NCBI GenBank assembly: GCA_964248365.1
Contig: CAXTYC010000018.1
Span: 47,543-111,542 of the forward strand
Direction: 5' to 3'
DNA length: 64,000 bases
Origin: an uncultured Chroococcidiopsis sp.
GTDB taxonomy: Bacteria > Cyanobacteriota > Cyanobacteriia > Cyanobacteriales > Chroococcidiopsidaceae
Program-made: the position numbers and the translations under genes
Notes under the pieces: generated by a model
The model's input: the letters and a program-made list of their open reading frames with translations, nothing else
What the model was told of the DNA's origin: nothing
Database searches by the model: none
Part shown: one piece after another, positions 11,207-22,446 of the stretch
How positions within the stretch are numbered: the stretch's first letter is position 1
Layout: each line of letters opens with the position of its first letter

Positions 11207-11808
11207 CTATCTCTTAATATATTCGTCATACTTAAACTCATCTTTATCTAAAGAATACTTAACCACTTCTGGCTCAATTTCTGGATGAATAAACTGTAGC
11301 TCAAATTTCAAACCTGCTTTTTCCATGACGCGGATAGATGCTTTGTTAGCGGATATTGCTGATGACACTACTCGCCACGTACCTAATTCACAAAAGCCTT
11401 TCAATATCAATGCGCGAGATGCTTCTGTAGCGTAGCCTTTACCCCAATCCCTCGGCGCAAACGATAACCTAGCTCAATATCGTTGTCATTATATAATCTT
11501 GAATTGACATTGAACTGACTATCTAATGCTGGTCTAAATTGAAACCAACCGATAAATTCATTACTCAGCTTTTCAATAGCTGCCCAAAATCCATAACCTT
11601 CATACTTTTGGTAGTAGCTAGTAAATTTGGGTAATGTTTTATTTATGATAGTTTCGTAATCTGTATCTATGGGATTTCCACCCTTGATGATTCCTAAATT
11701 GACAAAACGAATTACATTGCGATCGCTGTCTAATTCAAATAAATTATCAGCATCATTTTCGGTAAACTGACGTAGAATTAATCTTGGTGTTACAAGAAAC
11801 ACTTTCAT
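11207..11808 (-). pseudogene. GNAT (RimJ/RimL-type) acetyltransferase, frameshifted
   Basis: TPRLILR and ELGYRL in one frame; WGKGYATEA and NKASIRVMEKAG in another; shift near 11450. Confidence 0.85.
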
Positions 11809-11902
11809 ATATCTTCCTTACCATAATAAAATAGATCCTCATTGCCCAGCCAAGACCTGGTAACAAGAAGTTGAGCAGTCACGCCAAAGCACAAAACAAG
11901 TA

Positions 11903-12901
11903 ATGTCCCGAACGAATTTCCTATCAGAAACTATTCAACAAACAAAATCATTTGAAGCAGCGATGCCGTTGATGGCTCAAACAAGTGGGTCTCAATTTCT
12001 TCTCCAGCCTAACCAAACTGATAAAGTATGTGTTTTCTTTCATGGATTTACTGCTACTCCAGAACAATTTGTCGTAATAGGACTCGCATTTTACCAGGCG
12101 GGATATAATGTTTTGATTCCTTTGCTACCAGGACATGGGATTGCAGGTGATTGGGATAAAGATAATCCGCCTCCTCTACCTGAAGATAAACAAATTTATC
12201 AAAAATTCGGGTTGCATTGGCTACAAGTCGCCCAATCTTTGGGGAAAAAAGTAATTGTGGGAGGGTTATCAGGTGGTAGTACTTTGGCGGCTTGGCTTGC
12301 GTTAGAATGTCCCGAACAAATAGATCGTACTTTAGTTTTTGCGCCGTATTTGAGTGGCAGTAATAAAGTAGTTGATTTATTTGTGCGGTTGTTCAATATA
12401 TACTTTCAGTGGCGGACTGAACCAGGATTAGCACATTTTGGCTATGATGGGTTTCTGATGCCAGCTTTGCGAGTTTTTTTAGATATGGGTACTGATGTAC
12501 TTGAGCAAGCACAAAAGACTGTTGCAGCGCCTATGATAATAGTATCAAGTGAGAGCGATCGCGCTGTAGGTAATCGAGAGCATAAAGCTTTGTTTGAAGC
12601 TACCGTTGGGTTCCAGCCTAAATCCTGGTATATCAGCTTTGATCAAGAGTGGGATATCCCCCACAATATGATGACAGTAGCTGAAGGGAATGAAAATCTA
12701 AATTTACTTATAACCCTTAGCTTAGCTTATGTCAAAAGTGATTTAACTTGGGCTGAAGTTACAGAAATTAGCGATCGCTTGCGGCTGGGTAATTCATTTG
12801 ATACCGTAATTAATCAACTGCATCTTGCTCACTCGGTTGCACCTGAACTTTTTACCATAACAGGCATAATTGATTCATCTATTGAGGAACTGAAACACTA
12901 A
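11903..12901 (+). CDS. Alpha/beta hydrolase (carboxylesterase-like)
   Basis: FHGFT, LPGHG and GLSGG nucleophile elbow. Confidence 0.85.
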   Translation: MSRTNFLSETIQQTKSFEAAMPLMAQTSGSQFLLQPNQTDKVCVFFHGFTATPEQFVVIGLAFYQAGYNVLIPLLPGHGIAGDWDKDNPPPLPEDKQIYQKFGLHWLQVAQSLGKKVIVGGLSGGSTLAAWLALECPEQIDRTLVFAPYLSGSNKVVDLFVRLFNIYFQWRTEPGLAHFGYDGFLMPALRVFLDMGTDVLEQAQKTVAAPMIIVSSESDRAVGNREHKALFEATVGFQPKSWYISFDQEWDIPHNMMTVAEGNENLNLLITLSLAYVKSDLTWAEVTEISDRLRLGNSFDTVINQLHLAHSVAPELFTITGIIDSSIEELKH

Positions 12902-13028
12902 TCTGTCTAAACAGCAAACAAGATAAGATCGCAAGTTAATTTTAACTTTGTTGAATATGACATAATCACGAATATAAAGCTATTTGTCGCTAGCATATTT
13001 CTTACAACTGAGCTTTATTTTTCATTCC

Positions 13029-13280
13029 ATGCCATCAAAAAAGGTTTTTGTCCGAGAGTACACTGTTCGCGCCCATGAGCGGGTGATCAACACGCGCTTG
13101 TATAAATTTATCTGCGCTTCTTGTCAGCAGCCGACACAACGCGAATCTTATGGTCCCCGTCCGCTTTATTGTTTAGTGTGTCGTCCGCCCGTGTCTCCAA
13201 CCGAGACGACTTCACACAAAAAGAAGAAACCTAGACCAGTTAAGGTACTCCCAGCGCGAAATCGAAGGAAATCATCCTAA
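13029..13280 (+). CDS. Small basic Cys4 hypothetical protein
   Basis: CASC...CLVC pairs, Lys/Arg-rich tail. Confidence 0.6.
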   Translation: MPSKKVFVREYTVRAHERVINTRLYKFICASCQQPTQRESYGPRPLYCLVCRPPVSPTETTSHKKKKPRPVKVLPARNRRKSS

Positions 13281-13342
13281 GTGGGTAATTCTCCTTTTTA
13301 TATGCCTGCGGTTCTAAAAGAAAAATCCATCTTCCCACTAGC

Positions 13343-13774
13343 TTAGTGTGGATCGCCGATTAGGGCGTATTCATATTTACCAAAAATTGCTTCCGCGTGA
13401 CGATAATACTTAAATTCCATCAAGTTATAAAACGGATCTTCTAAAAAGAAGGTGCTATGCTCCAGAGGTGAATCGACAAAGCGGTGCTTGGGTTCCTCTC
13501 TAAATAGTAGTTGTTGTTGTTGCGATCGCGTAAGCAAACTTTCCCAGTCACTTTGGGAAGTAAAAATCAGCCCAAAGTGTCTAGGATAGATACCTCGTTG
13601 AGGAGTAACAGGCTCTTTAGTGACGTGAGCCACTAGCTGATGACCATACAGATCTAAAATCAGGGCATGACGAGTTTCACGACCAGCAATACAACCCAAG
13701 CCATCAACATAGAATGCTTTGGTTTGAGCAATATCGGTAACGGGAAAAGCAAGATGAAATATCGTTTGATTCAT
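13343..13774 (-). CDS. VOC/glyoxalase family protein
   Basis: FHLAFPV, FYVDGLGC, RHFG and DPFYNLMEFK motifs. Confidence 0.9.
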   Translation of the reverse strand: MNQTIFHLAFPVTDIAQTKAFYVDGLGCIAGRETRHALILDLYGHQLVAHVTKEPVTPQRGIYPRHFGLIFTSQSDWESLLTRSQQQQLLFREEPKHRFVDSPLEHSTFFLEDPFYNLMEFKYYRHAEAIFGKYEYALIGDPH

Positions 13775-13849
13775 ATATATTAAGTTGCAGCGATTGCAAG
13801 CAAAACTTACTTGGGTAAACTAGCTTTTTTAATATTTTGGCAAACTAAA

Positions 13850-14644
13850 ATGTTTCTAAATTCATCATTTCTCAATCCTTGGCTAATTGCTGTTGGGCTG
13901 AATACAGTTTTACTGAGTATAGGCTTGATTGCTCCCAAAAAGCTCCTTACGAGGGCAGGGCTATTGCATGGCTGGTTGCTAGGTGTAATTCTTTGGGGTT
14001 GCTTGGGGTGGCAGGGATATTTAGTGGTACTTTTCTATTTTCTAGTAGGTTCTGCTGTCACGCGCATTGGCATGGCACAAAAAGAAGCCGAAGGAATTGC
14101 TGAAAAACGCTCTGGGGCGCGGGGACCTGAGAATGTTTGGGGTTCGGCACTCACAGGAACTCTGTGTGCTTTGGGAGTGCTGATTGTTCCTATTGTTTAC
14201 CCTTCCGCCAAAGTCTCCCCGCTTGGGGATGGGGGGATTACATATCTACTATTGTTGGGTTTTGTGGCAAGTTTTAGCACCAAGCTGTCTGACACCTGTG
14301 CCAGCGAAGTCGGAAAAGCTTACGGCAAAAGGACATTTCTAATTACCACCCTGCAACCAGTGCCACGCGGTACAGAAGGAGCTGTCAGTTTGGAGGGGAC
14401 GCTAGCTGGGATTGTGGGTTCAGCTGCTATGTCCCTGGTAGGCTGGCTCGTAGGTTTAATCGACTTGACAGGAGTGATATTTTGTGTCTTAGCAGCATTT
14501 ATTGCCACCAATATAGAAAGCTTGATTGGGGCAACACTGCAAGCTAAGGTAAGTTGGCTGACAAATGAAGTAGTGAATATTTTGAATACTTTGATTGGTG
14601 CGATCGCTGCCGTGTTATTAGCTTTAGCATGGCAACTGGTATAA
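13850..14644 (+). CDS. DUF92/TIGR00297 membrane protein (VTE6-like phytyl-phosphate kinase family)
   Basis: RGPENVWGS, KLSDTCASEVG and GTEGAVSLEG motifs. Confidence 0.9.
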   Translation: MFLNSSFLNPWLIAVGLNTVLLSIGLIAPKKLLTRAGLLHGWLLGVILWGCLGWQGYLVVLFYFLVGSAVTRIGMAQKEAEGIAEKRSGARGPENVWGSALTGTLCALGVLIVPIVYPSAKVSPLGDGGITYLLLLGFVASFSTKLSDTCASEVGKAYGKRTFLITTLQPVPRGTEGAVSLEGTLAGIVGSAAMSLVGWLVGLIDLTGVIFCVLAAFIATNIESLIGATLQAKVSWLTNEVVNILNTLIGAIAAVLLALAWQLV

Positions 14645-14754
14645 TTTTATGCCTTCTATCTAATACCAAATTGGTAATCAATAATCGGTAGAGACGTAGC
14701 AGTGCTACCTGTCTACTGGTAATTGGTAATTGGTAATTGCTTTTTAATTACGAA

Positions 14755-16620
14755 TTACGAATTACCAAGTGGTATGAGATTTTCAACTAGTAGCCACTTA
14801 GCAGCATGATTCAATCGACCTCTTACTGTAAGTGGTTGCTGGTGCGGATAAATTTGCAGTTGCTTGTCTATTGGCGATCGCAAAGTAACTAATGTCCATT
14901 CTCCTTGCTCTTGCACTGGTTCAGCCACACTCAAGGTATAATTTTGCTCATTCCAACGGCAGAAAATCCCCGAAAACAATTGATAATTTCCCCCAACCTC
15001 CCCAGCTTCCCCAACAGGACAATCACCACTAGCAGGATAATTTTCAGGGTGCTCTAGGTAGTAGCGTTGCCAGTGCAGCCAGTCGGGGTGATCGGGTGGT
15101 AAGTTAAATAATGGAATAATTGCCGTTGGACAGCGTTGGTCTTGCAACAAAGCTGATTGCAAATCTCTCACAGGCAAATCTCTGGGTTGACAACCTCTAG
15201 CCACACATAGCGCCGCCGCCATACCAGCCGCCATCCCAATATTCATAACCAGGGGCTGCAATCGAGTAGCGCCATTGGCAATATGAGACACTGAGATATT
15301 TTTTTCACACACCAATAAACCATCTGTATGGGCTGGAATTAGACAGCCGTAGGGAAGGGTAAAAGGTGTTCCCGTCCAGCGTCCTCCCCAACGAATTGAT
15401 TTTGGTTGCAGCGGAAAATCTATCCCAGGATAGTGGTGGTCATTGGCATAGTTACCAAGAGCGATCGCGCTTACCCTTCCTGCTGCATCTACTGGTAATC
15501 GAGCAACTCGACCCCCAGCAACGGGTAAAATATCTTGCTCCCGCACCTGTGCTAATCCCACCAAGCGACGACTTTCTCGGTAGTAAGGATGCAAGGCGTA
15601 CGCACCAGTTTGATTTTGGATTTTAGCTCCCCCCTTATGAAGGGGGGTTGGGGGGATTGGATTTTGGATTATCTCGCCCCTGATTGAAGGAAAAATACCC
15701 TCTGCTAAGCCGTAGCGACGACCTAACTGGGTTTGGATAAAGTGGGCGAAACTTTGCGTATGCCGCATAGCTTCTTGGAGAAATTGATACCTTGCTTGCT
15801 CCCCGTCAATCAAACGCCCTAAACCTTCACCGTAGTCATTACCACATTGGGGCCAGTTGATCATAAACAATCCCCCTGGTAAGCGTCCGTAATTCAGGAA
15901 TTGTTCGCTACCATAGCCATCCCAAGCCCCCATAAACTGAGTTAAGTCGTGGGGTGGAGGGGGAATTTCCATCGCCCCTGATTCCCCGAAATCCTGCATA
16001 ATCACTACCCAGGTGGGCGCTTGTACTGGGTATTTTGCTGTAAGTGAATTAGGAGCTTTTGGCGCACTAGGTTCTGACCACTGGGATTGCCATTCCCAAC
16101 CCCAGCGGTAAGGAACATCCGACATTGCAAGTAAATCACCTAGTTCGGTAGCGTCTAGGGTAATCTGGGCTGTGACGGTAAAATCAGCAAACTGCACTCC
16201 CGTAATGCGATCGCCTTGTCGTAAAACAGCTCGTGGTACTTGCCCAACTATCCAATGCAAGCAAGGTAATTCTTGTACCCAAGAGGCAAAAATCTGCGCC
16301 CCTAGCCGAGGATCAAAGCTAAAAAAGCTAACCCAGCTATTATCTAATCCTCCTAGCTGACGCTGTTGCAATTCGCCCAGAAACGCCCCCCACATCCCTG
16401 TTTGAAAGGAAACCAATTCATTGCCATCGGGCGCAGACACCCCAGCTGATGTCAGCATTCCGCCCAGCCAAGGAAATTCACTCACGAGTATAGTCTTAGC
16501 GCCAGTGCGGGCGGATTGAATAGCAGCAGCTGTGCCACCTGTCCCACCCCCCACAACTAAAACATCAGCTTGGTAATTCGTAATTCGTAATTCGTAATTC
16601 GTAATTGGTAACTCTCCCAC
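14755..16620 (-). CDS. FAD-dependent oxidoreductase
   Basis: DVLVVGGGTGG, DATELGD and RESRRL motifs; start uncertain because the N-terminus is encoded by STRR. Confidence 0.85.
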   Translation of the reverse strand: MGELPITNYELRITNYQADVLVVGGGTGGTAAAIQSARTGAKTILVSEFPWLGGMLTSAGVSAPDGNELVSFQTGMWGAFLGELQQRQLGGLDNSWVSFFSFDPRLGAQIFASWVQELPCLHWIVGQVPRAVLRQGDRITGVQFADFTVTAQITLDATELGDLLAMSDVPYRWGWEWQSQWSEPSAPKAPNSLTAKYPVQAPTWVVIMQDFGESGAMEIPPPPHDLTQFMGAWDGYGSEQFLNYGRLPGGLFMINWPQCGNDYGEGLGRLIDGEQARYQFLQEAMRHTQSFAHFIQTQLGRRYGLAEGIFPSIRGEIIQNPIPPTPLHKGGAKIQNQTGAYALHPYYRESRRLVGLAQVREQDILPVAGGRVARLPVDAAGRVSAIALGNYANDHHYPGIDFPLQPKSIRWGGRWTGTPFTLPYGCLIPAHTDGLLVCEKNISVSHIANGATRLQPLVMNIGMAAGMAAALCVARGCQPRDLPVRDLQSALLQDQRCPTAIIPLFNLPPDHPDWLHWQRYYLEHPENYPASGDCPVGEAGEVGGNYQLFSGIFCRWNEQNYTLSVAEPVQEQGEWTLVTLRSPIDKQLQIYPHQQPLTVRGRLNHAAKWLLVENLIPLGNS

Positions 16621-16675
16621 TCTCCCCTGATTCCCCCTCTCCCTAGCCTCTCGCCTCTTGTCTCTTGCCTTTGGG

Positions 16676-18664
16676 CTACTGCCAAATTTTAATCGTTTTG
16701 TCTTTACTACTGCTAACCAAAGTTTGATCGGTTGGACTAGTGGCGATCGCTAACACCCAGTCTTTATGACCTGTAAGGGTTTGAAGGAATTTCCCTGTTT
16801 GCACATTCCAAATTTTAATTGTCTGATCGTTACTGGCGCTGGCAAGAGTTTTTCCATCTTTGCTAAAGGCAACACCAATCACGCGATCTTTATGCCCATC
16901 TAATGTATGCAGTTTTTCCCCACTCTGCCAATTCCAAATTTTAATTGTCTTGTCCCAACTACCACTAGCAAGCTTCTGCCCATCAGGACTAAATACAACA
17001 TCTCTCACTGCATCATTATGCCCCGATAGCTTACGCAGCAGCTTCCCTGTTTGCACATTCCAAATATTGATAGTTTTATCAACGCCACCACTGGCTAGAG
17101 TGCGCCCATCAGGACTAAAGGCGACAGAAAAAACTTTCCTTTGATGCCCTGGAAGTGTTTGAAGTAATTCGCCAGTCTGCAAATTCCACAGATTGACTTT
17201 ACCATCTTCACCACCGCTGGCTAGAGTGCGCCCCTGGGGGCTAATAGCTACAGACCAAACTGCACCCCTATGCCCCTTGAGTGTACCCAACAGCTTGCTA
17301 GTGTATAAATTCCATACCTTGATTGTCTGATCTGCACTCCCACTTACAAGGGTTTGTCCATCAGGACTAAGGGCAACTGACCGTACTGTATTAGAATGCC
17401 CAGTCAATGTTTGACTCAATTGCCCAGTTTTGAGATTCCAAACTTTTATCGTATCGTCTTCACTGCCACTTACCAAAGTCTGTCCATCACGGCTAATTGC
17501 CACAGCCCACACTGAGTTAGTATGCTCGGTTAACGTGCGGGTAAGGGAAAATTTGTCATAAGCCACCGAAGATGTTGTCGAGGTAAGTTGAGTGTGGGAG
17601 AGGGAAGGCAAAACATTCTTACGTTGGCGCAGGGCATAGTAAGTTCCCAAAATCAGTCCCAAGACAGAGGTAACACCAATTGCTATCCCTAGCCACAAGG
17701 CCATATTTGAACGGCGGCGGCTTTTGGTGGTTTGATTGGTTTTTGCCCCAGAAAGTGGCTTAGACGAATTGCTTGCACTAGCTATTGGGGCTGACTTCAA
17801 CTTGTGTGGTGCATATAGTGCCACCAACGGTTGTAGCGCAGCTAACACTTCGGTTGCTGACTGATAGCGATCGCTGAAGTGGTAGCGTACCATTTGATTT
17901 ATAATTGCTGCTAATTCTGGACTCACCTGTGCCAAGTGTTGCCAAATCACTTCCCCAGTTTCACCGTCTTCAAGTAACAAAGTCGGCTGCATTCCTGTCA
18001 GGGCTTGAATAGCTACGATCCCCAAGGCATAAATATCGCTATTCGGTCGCGGTCGTCCTCGACTCTGTTCGCTGGGCATATATCCAGGAGTACCTATCGC
18101 TACCGTCGCCGGAATTCCTACCGCATAGTTGGCATTAGTTTGACCATGAGATGTGACTACTTGTGTCCATGCTTGTTTAACGCTGCCAAAATCTATTAGT
18201 ACTAGTTGTCCGTCTTTGGAACGGCGTATCAAGTTGCTAGGTTTGATATCACGATGAATTAGTCCATGAGCGTGTACTACTTCCAAAATGCTTAGGACTT
18301 CATACAACAACTCAACCACTTGGCTTTCATTCCACCGCACTCCAGGCAACAAAATTGCACTCAACGCCTGACCAGCGATGTATTCTTGTACTAAATAAAA
18401 TTGCTGGTTCTCTTCAAAGTAGTCTAGTAGCTGTGGTACTTGCGAATAAGTGCCGAGTTTTTCTAAGGCTGCGACTTCTCTAGTAAATAAGCGCCGTAGA
18501 CTAGACATCGAAGAGGTCTGAATGTTTGGCGGCAATAGGTGTTTAATCACACAAGGAGTCGGTGGATTTTGGCTAATGTCGTGTGCCAAGTAGGTTTGAC
18601 AGTAGCTGCTGCTACTGAGGATTTGCACTACTTGATATCGCTCTTTGATGATTTCACCTAGCAT
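16676..18664 (-). CDS. Ser/Thr protein kinase with TM helix and WD40 repeats
   Basis: HRDIKPSN, DFG and GTPGY motifs; seven GH...WD-type repeats. Confidence 0.95.
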   Translation of the reverse strand: MLGEIIKERYQVVQILSSSSYCQTYLAHDISQNPPTPCVIKHLLPPNIQTSSMSSLRRLFTREVAALEKLGTYSQVPQLLDYFEENQQFYLVQEYIAGQALSAILLPGVRWNESQVVELLYEVLSILEVVHAHGLIHRDIKPSNLIRRSKDGQLVLIDFGSVKQAWTQVVTSHGQTNANYAVGIPATVAIGTPGYMPSEQSRGRPRPNSDIYALGIVAIQALTGMQPTLLLEDGETGEVIWQHLAQVSPELAAIINQMVRYHFSDRYQSATEVLAALQPLVALYAPHKLKSAPIASASNSSKPLSGAKTNQTTKSRRRSNMALWLGIAIGVTSVLGLILGTYYALRQRKNVLPSLSHTQLTSTTSSVAYDKFSLTRTLTEHTNSVWAVAISRDGQTLVSGSEDDTIKVWNLKTGQLSQTLTGHSNTVRSVALSPDGQTLVSGSADQTIKVWNLYTSKLLGTLKGHRGAVWSVAISPQGRTLASGGEDGKVNLWNLQTGELLQTLPGHQRKVFSVAFSPDGRTLASGGVDKTINIWNVQTGKLLRKLSGHNDAVRDVVFSPDGQKLASGSWDKTIKIWNWQSGEKLHTLDGHKDRVIGVAFSKDGKTLASASNDQTIKIWNVQTGKFLQTLTGHKDWVLAIATSPTDQTLVSSSKDKTIKIWQ

Positions 18665-19038
18665 TGTGAGAATTGCATGAGCTTTTGCTAATAATCGTCA
18701 TCTTTGAGAAAACCTGCTCTGATTTACTGTGCTTGGTTGCGAAAATGTGTTGCAACCTTTATGATGAATCATTTTCTGATTGATTGAGGTAGGGAGTGGG
18801 CAGAATTTCTACTTAATGAAACATAAGGGCAATTGCTCAATAACTGCCTTTTTAGGATAATGCTATCCAATTAAAAATACATTTATCTATTAATGTTAAT
18901 GCAGGAATCAGCAGCAAAATAATTCGTAATTGGGCGCTTCGTAATTCGTAATTGTCTTCATGTCCATCTCTCCCTCGAAGATCGCCCCTGTCTTTTGATA
19001 AAGTCTAAAATTGCTGCCCCTTTCAACAACAGGTAGAT

Positions 19039-20097
19039 ATGAAAGCACAGGTATTTCGAGGTGTCAATCGGTTAAGTTACGAAGAATTACCAATTCCGAC
19101 CCTTGCTCCCGATGAAGTTTTGGTACAGGTGCGAGTGGTGGGTTTGTGTCAGTCCGATATCAAAAAGATTCGTTATCCTCTCTATGAACCACCGCGCATT
19201 TTTGGACATGAAACAGCTGGGGTAATTGCCGCTGTGGGAGAGGAAGTATCTCGTTGGCAAGTGGGACAGCGCGTAGTCGTGATGCACCACATTCCTTGTA
19301 TGCGCTGTAGCTATTGTCTCAACGACAATTTCTCCATGTGTGATGTCTACAAAAATATCTCGACAACAGCTGGTTTTACTCCCAGTGGCGGCGGCTTTGC
19401 TGAGTATGTCAAAGTTCCGAGTCATATTGTCCGCAACGGCGGTTTAATTCCTATCCCCGCTGAAGTCAGCTTTGAAGAGGCTAGTTTTGTCGAGCCTACT
19501 AATTGTTGCCTCAAAGCAGTCAAAAAAGCCTCTATTGCCCCAGGACAAACAATTCTAGTCACGGGGGCAGGACCAATTGGTTTGATGTTTGTCATGTTGG
19601 TGAAATATTTCGGTGCAAGAGCAATAGCCACCGATCTCTTGCCTTCTCGCCTTGAAAAAGCCAAGGCTTTGGGGGCAGAAGCTGCTTTTGATGCTAGAGA
19701 TCCTGATCTACCAGCAAAAATACTTGCACTTACAGATGGTATGGGAGTTGATACTACTGTGCTTGCTGTTCCCAGTGAAAAAGCTTTCTTCCAAGCACTC
19801 GATTGTACTCGTAAAGGAGGCAAAATTCTCTTTTTTGCTGAGTTTCCTGAACAGGTGCAAATTCCCATTAACCCTAACATTCTTTACCGCCGTGAAATTA
19901 ACTTAATGGGTAGCTACAGTTCATCTTTCCGCCTGCAAAGTCTTGCCGCTGATATTGTATTTAATCGCCGCATTGATGTGCAAGCTTTAATTAGCGATCG
20001 CTATTCGCTGCAACAGTTGTCAGCAGCTGTAGAACTTGCTATTAATCCCAGCCCCAACACTTTCAAAATTCTCATCTATCCTCCACAAGGTGGGTAG
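19039..20097 (+). CDS. Zinc-dependent (MDR) dehydrogenase
   Basis: GLCQSD, GHE, Cys cluster and GAGPIG motifs. Confidence 0.9.
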   Translation: MKAQVFRGVNRLSYEELPIPTLAPDEVLVQVRVVGLCQSDIKKIRYPLYEPPRIFGHETAGVIAAVGEEVSRWQVGQRVVVMHHIPCMRCSYCLNDNFSMCDVYKNISTTAGFTPSGGGFAEYVKVPSHIVRNGGLIPIPAEVSFEEASFVEPTNCCLKAVKKASIAPGQTILVTGAGPIGLMFVMLVKYFGARAIATDLLPSRLEKAKALGAEAAFDARDPDLPAKILALTDGMGVDTTVLAVPSEKAFFQALDCTRKGGKILFFAEFPEQVQIPINPNILYRREINLMGSYSSSFRLQSLAADIVFNRRIDVQALISDRYSLQQLSAAVELAINPSPNTFKILIYPPQGG

Positions 20098-20216
20098 TCT
20101 TGATCACAATTCAAAATCTCACCAGGGAGAGATTTTTGCTTTTTTTTGCTAAAATGAGCCACTTTTTATTTATTATCTATCTCATGATAGATGTTTTGTG
20201 GTGAATCTTACTACCT

Positions 20217-20588
20217 ATGGACGCATCCTCTCCTACGCGGGGGCAACTAGAACGCACCCTATCGCAGCGGATTCAAGCATTATATCGGACTCAGCTTGAG
20301 CATCAACCAAGTAAAGTGACTTGTCAACTTTTCGATGAAAAAATTGCTATCATTTTGGAGGATTCTATTACCCAAGCAGAGCAACTTCTGTTTGAAAATG
20401 GTCAAGAAGAATTGGCAGAAAAAGTAAGATCTCAGTTAGACGAGGCACTTCAGCCACAACTAAGAGAACTGATTGAGGAGGTAGTCGGAGTAGATGTAGT
20501 TGACATATTAAGCAATGCAAAATTAGCAACAGGTCGTACAGCTACAGTTGCGATTTTGGCTCATCCACCTCAAGTCCGCAATCTATAA
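20217..20588 (+). CDS. DUF2294 domain protein
   Basis: GQLERTLSQ...HQPSKV...SIT..EQ.L...TGRT pattern. Confidence 0.85.
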   Translation: MDASSPTRGQLERTLSQRIQALYRTQLEHQPSKVTCQLFDEKIAIILEDSITQAEQLLFENGQEELAEKVRSQLDEALQPQLRELIEEVVGVDVVDILSNAKLATGRTATVAILAHPPQVRNL

Positions 20589-20917
20589 TAGAGGCAAAAT
20601 GTTGGATCTTAGATTGAGAGTCTTGGGTTTTTAATTTTATATTTTAGATTTTGGATGATTGATTACTCCAAAATATCTTTAACACCTAACACCCAACCAT
20701 CTAACATCCTGATCGTAAAATGCCTGATGGAAATAAATTCCTTAGAGGTGAGATGTTGAAACTTTGGATTAGAACGTTTGTAAGGCGCACATTCTTAGAA
20801 GTTAAAATCGCCCTTGACAATTGAAACCTTTAAGCTGGCATTTTAAACCTACACTGCACTGCAAACCTTCAAACCTTCAAACTTTCTCACTCCACACTCA
20901 GATTGACCCAAATCATT

Positions 20918-21349
20918 CTACTCAAAAGACTTTATTTCAAAGATGTATTTACGTATAATTGTTTCTATATCCTCAATGTTGTAAGGCTTTGTCACACAGT
21001 CAACACACCCTGCTACTAGAAAGCGTTCTTTGTCTTCTACCCTTGCCATAGCCGTAACAGCAACAATTGGAATATTTTTAGTTTGTGGATCATGCTTCAA
21101 ATTACAGCTAACTTCTATACCACTCATATCAGGCAACATCATATCCAAAAGAATTAAATCAGGTTGACGATTTTTTGCCAACGATATTGTGGTTTCACCA
21201 TCAGCAGCAGTAATAAATGAACACTCCATTAGTTCTAGTAATTGAGTTAGTAACTGCAAATTATCTTCATTGTCATCAACAACTAAAACTAGAGGCTGAT
21301 TTATATTTTTCTGAGTATCGGTATTAAAGCGGCGCTGTAAATTCATCAT
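20918..21349 (-). CDS. Single-domain response regulator (CheY/DivK-like)
   Basis: VVDDNEDN, LLDMMLP, AVTA and TKP motifs. Confidence 0.9.
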   Translation of the reverse strand: MMNLQRRFNTDTQKNINQPLVLVVDDNEDNLQLLTQLLELMECSFITAADGETTISLAKNRQPDLILLDMMLPDMSGIEVSCNLKHDPQTKNIPIVAVTAMARVEDKERFLVAGCVDCVTKPYNIEDIETIIRKYIFEIKSFE

Positions 21350-21441
21350 TGATTTGTTGGGGGTAGTCGTAGAATTATGAGTTTCTCGGTTGCAAGAGTT
21401 AGCAACTGCTGCAATTAGGTTTCACAAGTGTGGTTTCTACG

Positions 21442-21492
21442 ACGAGGCATTCCCCAAGCGGCGTATCCGGCGCTTGTAATGAATTGGCTCGT
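21442..21492 (-). ncRNA. Candidate structured leader RNA, copy 1
   Basis: Stem-loop conserved with copy 2, upstream of the response regulator. Confidence 0.5.
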
Positions 21493-21994
21493 AATTGTTC
21501 CTCTAGGTTACTTATCCTTTGTGACGTTCACAAAACAATATAGCAAGCTAGCAAGAGCAAGTAACTTATTTGAATTTTACATTAAATTAGTCAGCGCTCA
21601 CAGCATATTAAATAACCAAGCGGGGAAAGGGGGCAAGGGGGAAGGGAAGTAGGGTGGGCATTGCCCACCTAATACCAGAAGTATTTGCATTAAATTATCG
21701 CCTGGATGCTCTTGCCTCCTACGCCTGCTTCCAAGGCTAAAGATAGAGGCAAGAGCCTCCTACGCCTCGTTCCAAGGCTAAGCCTTGGAACCAAAATAGA
21801 GGCTCTAGTCTCTTTTAAATACTGGTATTGGTGACATATCTGTTCCCTTCTTCCGAGCTAGAGGCTGGTAACGAGGTGTCATAATTTATTCTCCTAAAGA
21901 AATACCTCTTTAGGCTGTTTAAGGCGATCGCCTCGCCTGCTAATGTCAAAAAAAATCTTTAGATTTTGCTGCTTGATTGAGAAAACAAACTTTT

Positions 21995-22369
21995 ATGGAT
22001 AAATATTCAGTATTAACTCCTGAGCAGCTAGAATACAACCTCTCACAGCGATTGATAGTGCTATACCAAACCAGCCTGGGACATCAACTCGGTCACGTCT
22101 CTTGTAAGCTGGTTGATAAGACAATTACAATTGTCGCCGAAGATTCTATTACTTGTCTGGAGCAATTTCTGCTCAAGAATAATCAATACGAACTAGCAAA
22201 GCAAGTTAGATTAACCCTACACAAAGTTTTTGAACCAGATTTAAAGTTTTTATTTGAAGAAGTGGTAAATGTACCTGTCTTAGATGTAATCTGTGATAGT
22301 GTCTTCCCTACTGGTCGTACTAGTATTGTTGCTGTTTTAGCCGTTCTGCCTGATATCGTTTCTAGTTAA
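21995..22369 (+). CDS. DUF2294 domain protein (paralog)
   Basis: Similar to 20217..20588 (QLE..LSQ, EDSIT..EQ.L, TGRT). Confidence 0.85.
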   Translation: MDKYSVLTPEQLEYNLSQRLIVLYQTSLGHQLGHVSCKLVDKTITIVAEDSITCLEQFLLKNNQYELAKQVRLTLHKVFEPDLKFLFEEVVNVPVLDVICDSVFPTGRTSIVAVLAVLPDIVSS

Positions 22370-22446
22370 ATATATATCTTTATAAAATATATCTTTATAA
22401 ATTAGCAATTAGCTCTTAACAATTATGCTCCCACTAGCTGCGTGCA

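Noticed and set aside
21428..21652. 74-aa ORF over the leader motif
   Set aside because: Antisense to the regulator leader, not conserved at copy 2, and ends in repeat sequence
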